From: Octopus vulgaris
Lineage: Eukaryota
DNA: 64,000 nucleotides
Assembly: GCA_951406725.2 (NCBI GenBank)
Contig: OX597834.1
Location: forward strand, 33,728,001-33,792,000
Reading direction: 5' to 3'
Of this stretch, positions 1-14,447 are shown piece after piece; the stretch's first letter is position 1; every line of letters starts with the position of its first letter. A program made the position numbers and the translations under genes. Below the pieces are notes generated by a model. That model saw only the letters and a program-made list of their open reading frames with translations. It ran no database searches and was not told where the DNA came from.

Positions 1-375
1 GCAGCAGCAGCAGCAGGAGTAGGGGACAGCAGGACTAGGGGGAGCAAGAGTAGGGGTAGCAGGAGTAGAAGTAAGAGTAGAATGAAGAGCAGGAAAAGAT
101 GTTAAGAATTACGGTAGGAGTAATAACAGGAGTAACAGTAAAGAACAGCAGCAGGAGTAGCAACATTAAGAGTAGCAGCAACAGGAGTAGATCAGCAGCA
201 GCAGCTGTAGCAGCAACGGCAGTGAGTAGCAGGAGGAGGAGTAGCAAGCGTTGTAGTTGCAGGAGTAATAATAGCAGCAGAAGGAGTAACAATCAGAGGA
301 GTAACAGCATCAGTGAATACCTGCAGCGAAAAGAGTAGCAACAGCAGGTGTTAAAGGAAAAGCAACAGGAGTAGC

Positions 376-416
<41 letters not shown>

Positions 417-458
417 CAGCAGCAGTATTAGTATTAGTATTAGTAGTAGTAGCAGTAA

Positions 459-536
<78 letters not shown>

Positions 537-537
537 C
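1..537. repeat. Degenerate (AGC/AGT/AGG)n triplet low-complexity tract ending in pure (AGT)n
   Basis: Seen directly; explains poly-Leu/Ser ORFs 35..292, 99..338, 351..557. Confidence 0.95.
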
Positions 538-559
538 ATTGAGGTATCATGATTCACTC

Positions 560-700
560 AGCCTTATGGAAACAACAGCGAAAATATCCCTGAAAAATCT
601 ATCCTACAGTATCTAAAAATAGAAGACCATATAAGATAAAGTAGGTGATAGTCATGGATGGAATGCTTTACGCCATAAATATGTCTTCCGCTTTACATCG
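560..700 (+). repeat. Degenerate copy of dispersed repeat family D (AGAAATAGCAGCCAAAT..CCTCAAATCACACC..GGATGGAATG)
   Basis: Related motifs at 1850-1930 (+), 41445-41540 (-) and 46520-46850 (+). Confidence 0.5.
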
Positions 701-713
701 TACTCAGAGATCG

Positions 714-724
714 ATATATATATA

Positions 725-813
<89 letters not shown>

Positions 814-814
814 G

Positions 815-854
<40 letters not shown>
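714..854. repeat. Compound microsatellite (TA)n-(TAGA)n-(GA)n
   Basis: Seen directly. Confidence 0.95.
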
Positions 855-856
<2 letters not shown>

Positions 857-1368
857 GTTAACGTACGATGTGCAGAACGAGTGCATATACTTAGTTTGGT
901 CACAGGCAATGAGTAAAGAACGCTTCACACACACAGTGAGGGCGAAGAAATGGGCGAAAAGGAATAGGACGTAGAGGAGGGGAAAAGGAGGAGTGGTAGG
1001 ACAAGAAGGTGATAGAGAAGAAGGAAGACGAAAAGGAGGGGTGGAAGAGGAGAGGAGGAGGAGGAAGAGGACGAGAAAGACAAACGGTGGGTAGAAGGGA
1101 GGGGGAAAAAGAAGTAGGAAGAGGAAGGAGAGTAAATGAGAGTAGATATGGGAGGAGTTAAGCAAATGAAAGAAATTGATTTAATTCTATTTTGAGGTAA
1201 ATTATATAAATTTTGTTTGGAAATTAGTTTTCATTTCATCATTTTATAATAAGCACCAAAAAAAAACTGGAGAGACGTCAAATTATAATTGTTGTTTGTA
1301 TGTCATATTTCCTGATATTACCCATGATGTGTATATCATAAATATATAAATATATATGTATATGTATG

Positions 1369-1427
<59 letters not shown>

Positions 1428-1428
<1 letters not shown>

Positions 1429-1640
1429 GAGGGAGAGAATTCACAAAAGAAAACAAAAGATGAAGGCAGGTGGTGTAGACAACAAACAGATGTATTAGTT
1501 TAACGCTCGGGAAGTGAAAAAGTCTTTAACGTTTCGAGCCGACGCTCCTACACAGAAAGGAACACAGAGAGAAACAGGGAGAGAAAATAAAGAATGTGTA
1601 GTGGCTAGCGATCTATCATGGCAAATACCGGACAGAGGGG
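1428..1640 (-). mobile_element. Penelope-like terminal fragment, family P1, abutting (TA)n
   Basis: Homologous copies at 7520-7752, 30565-30710 and 55537-55590, each next to a microsatellite; carries a minimal hammerhead motif typical of Penelope-like elements. Confidence 0.65.
1524..1559 (-). ncRNA. Decayed minimal type I hammerhead ribozyme motif
   Basis: Minus strand: cttt CTGTGTA G GAGC gtcg GCTC GAA ACGT T aaag; stem I cttt/aaag, stem II GAGC/GCTC, palindromic ACGT; core mutated at positions 6 and 8. Confidence 0.55.
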
Positions 1641-1679
1641 TCAACAAAAAAGTTTAAAAAGTACAAAGAAGTTAAGAAA

Positions 1680-1789
1680 TACCATATTTACTCGTACATA
1701 AATCACACTATTTTATAATTGATTTTTAACTGAAAAAACTGGGGTACGACTTATACGCAAGTGCAGCTTATACACGAGTAAATACGGAA
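1680..1789. mobile_element. Short pogo/Tc2-type MITE
   Basis: Imperfect TIRs TACCATATTTACTCGTACATAA ... TTATACACGAGTAAATACGGA. Confidence 0.65.
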
Positions 1790-1969
1790 TTTATGTCTGT
1801 ACACACACACACATCGAAGCAGCGAGGCTAACTTCAGACAGTCAATCGAAGTCCCAGAAATAGCAGCCAAAATCGCCTCAAATCACACCTCATTGTCTCT
1901 TTAAAAGAAGGATAGGACGTTGGCCAATAGGAAAAGTTTGCGAAGCTGGAATAAATTAGTTTTCTGCAT

Positions 1970-2080
1970 GGAAGAAGTGGAGCTTAACATCAGGAGAAGG
2001 CGGAGCTTAACATCAGGAAAAGGTGAAGCTTAACATCAGGGTGGGGCGGAGCTTAACACCAGGAAGAGGCGGAGCCCGAC
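1970..2080. repeat. 23-bp minisatellite x5 (GGCGGAGCTTAACATCAGGA..)
   Basis: AGCTTAACA starts at 1981, 2004, 2027 and 2050; degenerate unit at 2073. Confidence 0.9.
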
Positions 2081-2331
2081 GTTAGAGCCCTCCTCTTCTA
2101 CACACCAAAATGATGTGTTTCACTTGGTGGAATTTCTATATAATTTTACCGTTGTAGACGTGACAGGACGGACCGTTGCTATTTTTTCAGCATTTCTTGT
2201 TCAGTATCTCTGTGAGTTGGTATCCTGCTGAGGAAAGCTTTGCCTTTCATCCTTTTGGGAGTTGATGAAAAAACAGTGACAAAAGCATCAACAACAACAG
2301 CAGCAACAAAAACACAATAATAACAGACAAG

Positions 2332-2725
2332 CGCAGGAGTGGTTGTGTGGAAAGAAGCTTGCTTCCCAACCACATGGCTCCGGGTTCAGTCTCACTGCGT
2401 GGCACCTTGGGCAAGTGCTTTCTCCTATAGTTTCAAGCAGACCAAGTCCTTGTGAGTGGATTCGGTAGACGGAAACTGAATGAAGCCCGTCGTATATATG
2501 TATATATACGTATATGTGTGTGTGTGTGTGTGCCTTTGTGTCTGTGTTTGTCCTCCACCACCGCTTGATAACCGTTGCTGGTGTGTTTACTTCCCCATAA
2601 CTTAACGGTTCGGCAAAAGACACCGATAGAATAAGTACCAGGCTTAAAAAGTAAGCCCTGGGGTCGATTCATTCATGCGGTGCCTTAGCATGGTCACAGT
2701 CTAATGACTGAAACAAGATAAAAGA
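2332..2725 (+). mobile_element. SINE family B (tRNA-like head, CORE-like GGCACCTTGGGCAAGTG, internal microsatellite, ...ATGACTGAAACAAG tail)
   Basis: More than 15 homologous copies in the window; resembles octopus OR-type CORE-SINEs. Confidence 0.85.
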
Positions 2726-2879
2726 TAGAGGGCAGTTGAGATGGCCACGACAGGAGAGCTCCTCAGTACATTGCATTACAACGTTAAATATCTTCCTTCC
2801 GCATTTCAATTCCTTCCTCGGCTGAATGTTACCCTTTCTCCCATCCTGGGTCGATAAAATGAAACACAGGCAAGAATTC

Positions 2880-3690
2880 TTTCTAGTTTTGGCAAAAAGG
2901 CAGCAATTTTCAGAGATAAGAATGGATTACATCAACCTCAGTATTTGGGTGGTACTTTAGTTTATCGATCCAGAAAGGAGGAATGGTAATGTTGACCTCG
3001 GCGGGATTTGAACTCAGCACGTAAAAAGCCGGAAGAAATGCCGCTAAGCATTTTACCTGATACGTTAACGATTCTGCCAGTTCACTGCCTCACTGATAAT
3101 AATTCTCTCTAATTTTGGCAAAAAGCCAGTAATTTTAAGGGGCAAGTCGATTACATCAAACTCCTGTATTGGCTGCTACTTTATTTTATCAATCCCGAAT
3201 GGATAAAAAGCGAAGTCGACCTCGGCGGAATTTGAACTCACAACGTAAGAGCCAGAAGAATTGCCGCTAAGCATTTTTGCCAGACGCCTCCGCTTTAATC
3301 ATCATAATAATCCTTTCTGCTATAGCCACACGGGGCCAGGCACTTTGTGTGGAGGAACTAGCCGATTAAACCGACCCTAGTACGCAACTGGTACTTAATT
3401 TATCGATCCCGAAAGGATGAAGCGCTAAGTCGACCACGGCGGAATTTGCACTCAGAACGTAAGACAGACGAAATACCTATTTCTTTACTATACACAGGGA
3501 GCTAAACACAGAGAGTTCAAACAAGGACAGACAAACGGATTAAGTCGTTTATATCGACCCCAGTGCGTAACTGGTACTTATTTAATCGACCCCGAAAGGA
3601 TGAAAGGCAAAGTCGACCTCGGCGGAATTTGAACTCAGAACGTAGCGGCAGACGAAATAACAGCTCAAGCATTTTGTCTGACGTGCTTAA
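2880..3690 (-). mobile_element. Cluster of about 4 SINE family A copies (GAGTTCAAATTCCGCCGAGGTCGACTTTGCCTTTCATCC core)
   Basis: Repeated reverse-complement B-box GGAATTTGAACTC near 3005, 3228, 3442 and 3624. Confidence 0.85.
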
Positions 3691-3919
3691 TCACAAGTGA
3701 TAATAGCAACACAGTAATCGCCAAGACATTCGACAGTATTCAGTCAATTAGGAAATAAAAATAAAATAAAACGGCCCGGTGTTCATGTTAGATCATTCAT
3801 TATATTAGAAGTTGGGTTACATAGTGGAATCAATTTAAGCGGTACACAGATTGACGCTGTTCGTTTGTAGTTCTTTTGAGTCCGGTATATTGGCTCTCGC
3901 AGCAGAAGGAGCTCAGCTA

Positions 3920-5403
<1,484 letters not shown>

Positions 5404-5924
5404 TGGTTCTATGTATTTATGCAAGTACGAAAGCAAACTGTGTACGTATGTACGTACAGTTTTATAGAAAGATACAAATGACGCAGACGTTTAAATTAGA
5501 AATGGATGTTGTCGTCTGCTATTGGGAAGTTAATATGTCTGACTGGAAATTTTCGTAAAATAGATTGATTGACAGAGAAAAGTATTGTTCGTTGAGCTTA
5601 CAGCAGAAACGTTCTAAGAAAACAACAACAACGACGACAACAATGATGATGACGACGATGATGATGATGATGATAGTATATTTATTCTCGTTTATCACGG
5701 GAATTTGGTTTTTAAAAAACAGTGATAAATGAATCATCTCCATGCACTTTGTAAATAGAACAAATGGTAAATTCATTGACACCAAAATCGCGGTCTACAG
5801 CGGTGAAGCGTCCACCCTCACGTACTTTCTTGTTCATCTCTACTCTTTTTTTTTTTCTTTTCTTAAGAAAATACACTCGTCTCCTTCGTTTGTTTGATTC
5901 AGACATCTTAATATTTTTGTTTCC

Positions 5925-6090
5925 TGTTACATCGACCCCAGTGTTCAACCGGTACTTATTTTATCGACCCCGAACGGATGAAAGGCAAAGTCGACCACAG
6001 CGAAATTTGAACTCAGAACAAAAGGGGCGGACGAAATGCGACTAAGCATTTTGTTCGGCGAAGTAACGATTCTGCCAGCTCACCACCTAA
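5925..6090 (-). mobile_element. SINE family A copy
   Basis: Homology to 21706-21940. Confidence 0.85.
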
Positions 6091-6126
6091 AAAAAAAAAC
6101 ACGGAGCTGATAATAATAATAATAAA

Positions 6127-6490
6127 ACAAGAGTAGTCAGAGAGTACAAACCTCCGCCAAGGCAACACCAACGTCCTCTCAACGATTAGCCAGAGATGAT
6201 TTTTAAAATGAGAATATCTGAAATAAACTCGACTGCTCTCACAAACGAGAATACTAAAAATCAACCCGACCGCTCTCAAAAATTAAGTGAAAAAACGGAA
6301 AAATAATCCAGAATCCTTGTCCGGTACCGGATCGATCCAAAAATCTAATCAGTTCGTGCCAGTCGCGAAGCCAAACGTCCTTGAAAGTTTCATCCGAATC
6401 CATCCAGTGGTTCTTGAGATATCTTGTCCACGGACAAACAAACAAACACGACTGAAAACAATACCTCTGCCTTCGCTAAGGCGAAGGTAA
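6127..6490 (-). mobile_element. Helentron-associated non-autonomous element (HINE/DINE-1-like)
   Basis: Minus strand starts TTACCTTCGCCTTAGCGAAGG (hairpin), then a (GTTT)n run and GGATTCGGATGAAACTTT, and ends CCTTGGCGGAGGTTTGTACTCTCTGACTACTCTTGTT; subterminal inverted repeats; T-rich insertion site. Confidence 0.7.
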
Positions 6491-6544
6491 TAATGATGAT
6501 GATGATGATGAGGATGAGAATGATGATAGGGATTTGCCATAAGG

Positions 6545-6860
6545 ACTGATATTAATATTGAAGCAATAAGAAAAGATAAAATGGGAGATCATAGTCTTTA
6601 CAATATCATTAATTGCAATAACAGAATGGATGCGAAAGAAATTGAGAGAATTGAGAAATACGAAGACCTAGCTAGGGAGATTGAGAGATTGCGACAGACA
6701 AAGGTGAGAAATGTTCCAGTTGTTATAGGTGCACTTGGCTCGACACACAACCTGCTGCCGAAGAGACTGAAGAGTAATGAAAATACGACGCGTATTGTTG
6801 ACTTGCTAGTGTGTGAGGTCGGTCATGAAAATTCTCGCTATGAAACATTTTCCTGAAAGA
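6545..6860 (+). pseudogene. C-terminal restriction-like endonuclease (RLE) remnant of a Dong/R4-like non-LTR retrotransposon
   Basis: ORF 6581..6856 has KEIERIEKYEDLAREIERL..VPVVIGALGS. Confidence 0.8.
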
Positions 6861-6914
6861 GAGAAAGCATAGCAACATTCTGTGCACCGAACTAGTGCTG
6901 GCTCACTTCACAAC

Positions 6915-7432
6915 CACGGGCACTTTGGGCAAGAGTCGTCTTCTATAGACTCGTGCAAACCAATGTCTTGTGAATGAAATTGGTGAACAGAAACTGTGCT
7001 GAAGCCAGTTATATACATGTGCGCGCGCGTCTGTGTGTGCGCGTGTGTCTCCGTCTGCGCATGTGCGTGCGCGTGTGTGTCTCCGTCTGCGCATGTGTGT
7101 GCGCGTGCGTATGCCTGTCTTTCTGTCTGTGTTTGTTCCACCCCACCCCCAGCCTTTGATAACCGCTGTTGGTTTGTTTACCTCCAAGTAACGTAGCGGT
7201 TCTGTAAAAGAGACCGATAGAATAAGTGAGAGACTTATTCTGAAAAACAAAAAACAAGTACAGGGGTCGATCTGTGCGATTAAACCGCCCCAGCATGGCC
7301 GTAGTTCAATGGCTAAAACCAGTAATATACTAGGCTTTCATAGAATAAGTCCTGGGGTTGATTTGTTCGACTAAAGGAGGTGCTCCAGCATGACCGCAGT
7401 CAAATGACTGAAACAAATAAGAGAATAAAAGA
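6915..7432 (+). mobile_element. SINE family B copy plus duplicated tail
   Basis: GGCACTTTGGGCAAGAG core; two CAGCATG(G/A)CCG..TGAAAC-type tails. Confidence 0.8.
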
Positions 7433-7436
7433 ATAT

Positions 7437-7519
<83 letters not shown>

Positions 7520-7522
<3 letters not shown>

Positions 7523-7752
7523 CGGGAAGGTTTACGAAAATAAACAAAAGACGAAGGCAGGTGGAGTACAAACAAACAAATGTATTAGTATGGCGCTCAG
7601 GAATAGAAATAGAACAAGTCTTTTACGTTTCGAGCCTACGCTCTTCGACAGAAAGATACACAGAAAAAAACAAGGAGAGAAACAAGGAGAGAGAAAAAAG
7701 GAGAGAAAAAAATGAGAGAAAAAAATGCGTGTAGGAGCTAGCGATCTATCAT
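7520..7752 (-). mobile_element. Penelope-like terminal fragment, family P1
   Basis: Homologous to 1428-1640; between (TA)n and (TATG)n. Confidence 0.65.
7619..7656 (-). ncRNA. Minimal type I hammerhead motif with U at core position 6
   Basis: Minus strand: tcttt CTGTCGA A GAGC gtag GCTC GAA ACGT A aaaga; 5-bp stem I, GUA cleavage triplet. Confidence 0.65.
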
Positions 7753-7992
7753 GTATGTATGTATGTATGTATGTATGTATGTATGTATGTATGTATGTAT
7801 GTATGTATGTATGTATGTATGTACTTATGTATGTATGTATATGCGCCTTCAAGGCACAATGTCGATTTGATGGCGAAAGCGAGATTATGTCAACTCAAGC
7901 ATTTCATCACTATAAACAAATCACCTGTGTGGTTGTTCAGCAAGAAATTGCGGAATCTTCATTCGTCGTCTAAAGACGGGAAAGTCCGTGGT

Positions 7993-8029
<37 letters not shown>

Positions 8030-8816
8030 CATATAAATATAAATATAAACACACAAACACACAAACACACACACACATACATACACAGAGCTTGAAAGAA
8101 GGTGAAAGGAAATTTAAAATGGTGGCTAACATTTTGAGTGATCTAGCAATGATGGTTTTTTTATTCACTGAGATTGAAAGTTCCTCAATTCTTAGAGACC
8201 GACTGCTTCTTCGTTTGCAATTTACTACAATTTTCTTATATTGATTCACCAATTCTCAAACTTGTTTTCTTTTTTTTGATTTTTTTCTTTCATTTTCAAA
8301 CTATTTTTCTTTCCGTTCTTTTTCTTCTTTTTCTTCATCTCTTTCTGTATTATTATTCACTTATATATATTTTTTATTACCATTGATTGAATCGTTCACA
8401 TTTATTCATTCCTAAATTCTTTCTTCTTGTCTCGAGAAGCGTTTATTTCCTTCATGCATTTAATCTTTTTCGTTTTTCGTTTTTCGTTTTTCTTTTCCTT
8501 TTTCTGTTTTTCATTTCCCTCTTTCTTTTTTTTTTCTTCCTTCCTTTCTTCCTTCCCTTCTCCAATATGCTTATACTCTTCCTCTGTTGATCTTTTCCAA
8601 CTCTTTCTTCTCCTCCACCCCCTCTCTCTCTCTTTTTCTTTCTCTCTCCTTTCTATTTGCTATCACCCTCTTTCTCTAACTGTACCTCCGTCTGTCTGAG
8701 AAATGGATACTCATGCCTACTCACACGGATACCAAGACAAATAGACACTGATATTTGCACGGATACACGCATATACGCACACACACACACACACATACAC
8801 AAACACGCGCCTACGT

Positions 8817-8848
<32 letters not shown>

Positions 8849-9061
8849 GCACATATGCATACTCACTAATATACATGTGTGTCTGTGTGTATGTATATAT
8901 ATATATAAATATATATATACTTAAATATAATATATATGTATACAAACACACACATATATATATGCACACACATACATACACACACACACATGTATTCTTT
9001 TATTCTTTTATGTTTCAGCCCTGAGGCTGTGGCCATGCTGGGGCACCATGTGTGTATATTC

Positions 9062-9101
<40 letters not shown>

Positions 9102-9174
9102 GTATATCCAATTTCCTCTCCTTGAGTATCATAACTTTGGAGCAACAGTCAAAATTTACACCTCTTCCGCCATT

Positions 9175-9770
9175 TCACCACCACCACAACCATCACCACA
9201 ACCATCACCACAACCACCATCATCTCCACCACCGCCACAACCACCACCATCACCTCCACCACCACCACCACCACCACCACAACCACCACCACAACCATCA
9301 CCACAATCACCATCATCTCCACCACCATCATCTCCACCACCACAAGCACCATTACCACTACCACCACCATTACCACCACCACCATCACAACGACCACCAC
9401 CACCATCATCTCCACCACTACCACCACCATTAACACTACCACCACCATTACCACCACCACCACCACCACCACCACACCACCACCACCACAACCATCACCA
9501 CAATCACCATCTCCTCCACCACCACCACCACCATTACCACCACCACCACCACCACCACCACCATCATCTCCACCACCACCACCATTACCACTACCACCAC
9601 CATTACCACCACCACCACCACCACCACCACCATCACAACGACCACCACCACCATCATCTCCACCACCACCACCACCATTACCACTACCACCACCACCACC
9701 ACCACCACCACCACCACCACCACCACCACCACCACCACCACCACCACCACCACCACCAGTGCCATCATCC
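9175..9770. repeat. (CCA)n-based degenerate triplet repeat
   Basis: Seen directly; source of poly-His/Pro/Thr ORFs. Confidence 0.95.
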
Positions 9771-10064
9771 TCTTAAAGCATCGTCTGCCTAACTGTCTCT
9801 GTCCCCCCCACATCCACCTTCTCTGCACCCCCCCAATTACATCCACAGCCCATCATAATAATCCTTAACAATGACATCTTAAAACAGCAGCAACAAGAAC
9901 GACAATTAACAATGAAATGGTTAACAAAGGCAACAAGTATAACGTGTCAAGGTAGGTGGGTGCGTGCGCATACACACACATACACACACACATACATACA
10001 CACAATGCATGCCCACGCACTTCTACGTACACACACATATATACATATACAACATCGATATATG

Positions 10065-10101
<37 letters not shown>

Positions 10102-10229
10102 GCACCCATTCACAAACATACACACGTGTGTGTGTGTGTGTGTGTGTGAGTGTGTGCAGCTGCGATAACAAAAAAGTTGATGGCATCAGAATTTTTTTTT
10201 TAAATGACACCACCATCCCCACCTCTTCA

Positions 10230-10288
<59 letters not shown>

Positions 10289-10411
10289 CAGCAGACTTAG
10301 AACAGTTTTAATAATAATAGCAATGGCCCGCTCCCGAACCCCATCCCCCACCGTGACGACACCATCAGTGACATCATCTTCACCACCACCACCATCAGCA
10401 CCACCGCAACT

Positions 10412-10442
<31 letters not shown>

Positions 10443-10701
10443 GCAACAGCAGCAGCAGCAGCAATAGCAAACAGCAGCCGTAAGCACAGATACCAGCTTC
10501 AGCAAGACGAGAATTCCAAGAACAACATCAAGGCATAAAACCACAACAACCGTAGAATCATGAACAAGAACTGTAACAACAATAATTGTAAGAATAACGA
10601 TTAACAACTGCAAGAACGAAACAGCACCAGCCAGGAAATGTCCACAACAACAGCAAGAAATGCAAAATTAATAGTTTCAAATCTTGACTAGGCGAGAAGT
10701 T

Positions 10702-11040
10702 GGATCTTTTCGCTTTGACAGGCAGATTTTCAAAATAATTTCTTTGTAACTAAACACTTTTAAACTTCGTATACTGATAGAATGTGTTACATAAAACTAA
10801 TAATTGTTGTTGACAAAGATCCGGAGAAATTGTATTTACCTCAATAGACGTCATTGATTGGTTGAAATTGCCAAAATACAAGAAATTAAACAACAAATAG
10901 CTTACAAACTACAGAATTTTCCCAAGAAAGCCAAAAGTAAAAGATATTTTATAAATACATTCTACCAGTATACGAAGTTTAAAAGTGTTTAGTTACAAAG
11001 AAATTATTTTAAAAATCTGCCGGTCAAAGCGAAAAGATTC
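10702..11040. mobile_element. MITE with about 85-bp TIRs and 8-bp TSD (Merlin- or Mutator-like)
   Basis: GGATCTTTTCGCTTTGA... / ...TCAAAGCGAAAAGATTC; GAGAAGTT at 10694-10701 and 11041-11048. Confidence 0.8.
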
Positions 11041-11049
11041 GAGAAGTTT

Positions 11050-11225
11050 TTGAGGGCTGGAGTGGGGTGGGGGTTGGGGATCGATTACATCGACCGCAGT
11101 ACGCAACTGGTACTTACTTTATCGACCCCTAGATAGGATGAAAGGCAAAGTCGACCTCGGCGGAATTTGAACTCAGAACGTAAAGACGGACGAAATGCCG
11201 CCGAGCACTTTTTCCAGCTTGCCTG
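11050..11225 (-). mobile_element. SINE family A copy (tail interrupted by the MITE)
   Basis: GGATGAAAGGCAAAGTCGACCTCGGCGGAATTTGAACTCAG. Confidence 0.85.
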
Positions 11226-11394
11226 GACTTAGCAACGGCAAAAATGATGACAACTGTTGCAAGTAACAACAACAACAACACGAAACGCAGCAATAACATC
11301 AACTACAACGGCAACAACAACAACAATGTCAACAACAACAACAACAGTGTCAACTACAATAACAATAACAAAAGCAACAGCAACAACAAAAACA

Positions 11395-11925
11395 TTGTAC
11401 CCAAGTGTTGGCCCCTATACTCACAAAAAATTTTGATACCACCTCGTAGATCAGAACTGGGTCCCAAGACCCTTAGGATCCACGGACAAATCAACGCACT
11501 GAACCCTATAGTATTTATTTGCAAAGCACAGCATGCAATGATCGGAACCGGCTCCCTAAAGCTGTGATGGTTCAAAGCAACTACCATCTGTGTCTATGCC
11601 ACAAGGCGGTACTACCCATATGTTATCTCTTGGATCGATAGTTTCTTCTCAGATCGTTCTGTTGCTGCGTGTGTTGACGGAACTAAAACTTTGACCTGCC
11701 TCTCTTTCTAATAACAACGGAGTCCCCCAGGGTCGGGACAGAAAGAGCTCCACCCAATAGTTCCACTTCTACACACGAATGACCTCCCTGTCGCCGCATC
11801 CGACAAAACTTACTCTTATTCTCACCATTCTCCAACCATGCAGTTATCCATCCGTGACCTACACACCTCATAACAAACCCACATTGACTCCATGAAAAGA
11901 GACCACGAATGCATCTTCCAGTATT
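11395..11925 (+). pseudogene. Highly decayed CR1/Jockey-like LINE reverse transcriptase fragment
   Basis: Hand translation gives LAPILTK, ISWIDSFFSDRSVAACVDG and NGVPQG (conserved RT GVPQG motif). Confidence 0.65.
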
Positions 11926-11927
11926 GC

Positions 11928-11961
<34 letters not shown>

Positions 11962-12469
11962 AGGTACTAACCTTGTCTCCTTCGACAGCAGAAGAAAAAA
12001 AACAAAAACACGCCAGTCTTCAAATAGTATGGCTAAGAAAAGGGGGGAGGGTTATGGATGAGGAGGAGGAGGAGACGGAGGAGGAGACGGAGGAGGGATG
12101 AGAAGGGGAGTGATGGAGTTAGGGAGGATGACATATAGGTAGCCATGTTTAATATTGAAGAACATTCAGTTACGGTTGTGATGGCCGGCGGACATCTTCT
12201 TACACCGAAGAAAATCGTTAAAGATGGCGGAAATGTTATGCAATGCAACGGGATGCAATTGGAATGGGATGGGAACAGGATTGGATTAGATAGTGGGGGT
12301 GGGGTGGGGGGATTGATGGAAGGAGGGAAGGTTGGAATATGTCTATAGGTACAGTTGTAATACACGTGGCGTACAAACAAATCAAACGCATCAAACAAAC
12401 AGTCAAACAATTTAATCAAACAAATAAGATTAATACTTGAGTGAATAAGCAAAGAAGTAAACGACAGAA

Positions 12470-13020
12470 TAAATGAGTGGAGATAGGGAAGGGAGGGAGG
12501 GAGGAAGGGAGGAAGGAAGGGAGGAAGGGAAAGAGGTAGGAAGGAAGGAAAGAAAGAAAAGAGGAATGAATGAATGAATGAAGGAAGGAAGGAAAGAAAA
12601 AAGGTAGGAAGGCAGGAATGAAGGAAGGAAAGAAGGAAGGAAGGAAAGTATGAAGGGAAGGAGGTAGGAAGGAAGGAAAGAAAGAAAAGAAGAATGACTG
12701 AATGAATGAAGGAAGGAAGGAAGGAAAGAAGAAAGGTAGGAAGGCAGGAATGAATGAAGGAAAGAAAGGAGGAAGGAAGTAAGGAAGGTAATGTGGAAGG
12801 AAAGGAGGAAAGAATGAATAAATAAATGAAGGAAAGATGGAGGGAAAGAAGGTAGGAAGGAAGGAAGGAAGGGAGGAAGAAAGGTAGCAATGAATGAACT
12901 AATGAATGCAGGAATGAATGAAGAAACGGATGGAGGAAGGAATGAATGATGGAGTGAGTGAAGGAAAGAAGGAAAAAGATAAAAAGTGAAAAAGATAAAA
13001 AGAGAAAGAGGACAGGAAAC
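12470..13020. repeat. (GGAA/GAAT)n purine-rich tract
   Basis: Seen directly; source of ORF 12033..13037. Confidence 0.95.
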
Positions 13021-13044
13021 ATTCTTGAATCACTCAAAATCTAT

Positions 13045-13102
13045 CATCATCACCACCACCACCGTTGCCGCCACCGCCGCAACCACCACCGCCACCACCA
13101 CC

Positions 13103-13152
<50 letters not shown>

Positions 13153-13785
13153 CATCACCAATACCATCACCAGCAACAGCACTAACACTACCACCACAAC
13201 CACCGCTACTACCACCACCACCAGCAGCACCGCCGCCGCCACCTGCCATTACAAACACTATAACTACCATCAGCACACCAACAACACCATTAACACCATC
13301 ACCCCCACCATCACCGCCAACAGCACTAACACTGCCATCGCCACAACAATCACCAATACCACAACCACTACAAGTACTACCACAAATACCACCACCAACA
13401 ACAACAACAACACAACCGTCACACCCTTGTCGCCACCATTACCAACAACAACAACAACAACAATAGCTTCACCACCATCAACCAACCACCACCACCACCA
13501 CCACGACAACCACCACCAACACCACCACCACCAACACCACCTCCAACACCACCACCACCACCACCACCACATGCAACACCAACATCCACAGCTTCAGCAT
13601 CAATATCAACATCAGGATCAACAACGACAAAAAGTAACAAAAACGCCACCACCACCACCACCACCACCACCACCACCACCACCACCACCACCACCACCAC
13701 CACCACCACCACCACCGTCACCACCACCGTCACCACCACCATCGCCACCACCACCACCACCGCCGCCACCACCGTCACCACCGAA
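13045..13785. repeat. (CCA/CTA/CAA)n triplet low-complexity tract
   Basis: Seen directly. Confidence 0.95.
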
Positions 13786-14383
13786 CCTAAACTCACCCTC
13801 GGGGTATATCTGACGAACCTTTCAACAATGTGTAAGGACCACCTAAATTTCGCGTTTTTTTCTCCCTTTTTCAGGGTGGGGGAGGAGGCGGAGTGGGTGG
13901 GGTGGGTTTTTTTTTACCATTTACTTCTTACTTTTAATTTAACACACACACACACACACTACACACATACACACACTTATACGCGTGCACACGCACATAC
14001 ATACGCACGTATACACACGCACACAGACACACACACACACAGACACACACACAGACACAGACACACACACACACACATATACGCGTGCACACGCACATAC
14101 ATCCGCACGTATACACACACATGCGCGTGCACACGCACAGACAGATATACAGACATACGCTTGTCGTACCTATACTCACATACACACATTAACGCATGCT
14201 CACTCTTACACATGCACACACGCACACGCATGTGTGAATATGCTCATACACACACATTCACACACACACATATACATACACATGCAAACAAGGGCATCTA
14301 TATGAAATGCATTATACATATGTATACGCATACACACGCACAGACACACACGCACAAACACACACACACATATACATATGCGC

Positions 14384-14447
<64 letters not shown>

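Noticed and set aside
12145-12348. 67-aa ORF with a YY1-like AAGATGGCGG motif inside
   Set aside because: No recognisable homology or splice context; a single short motif is weak evidence
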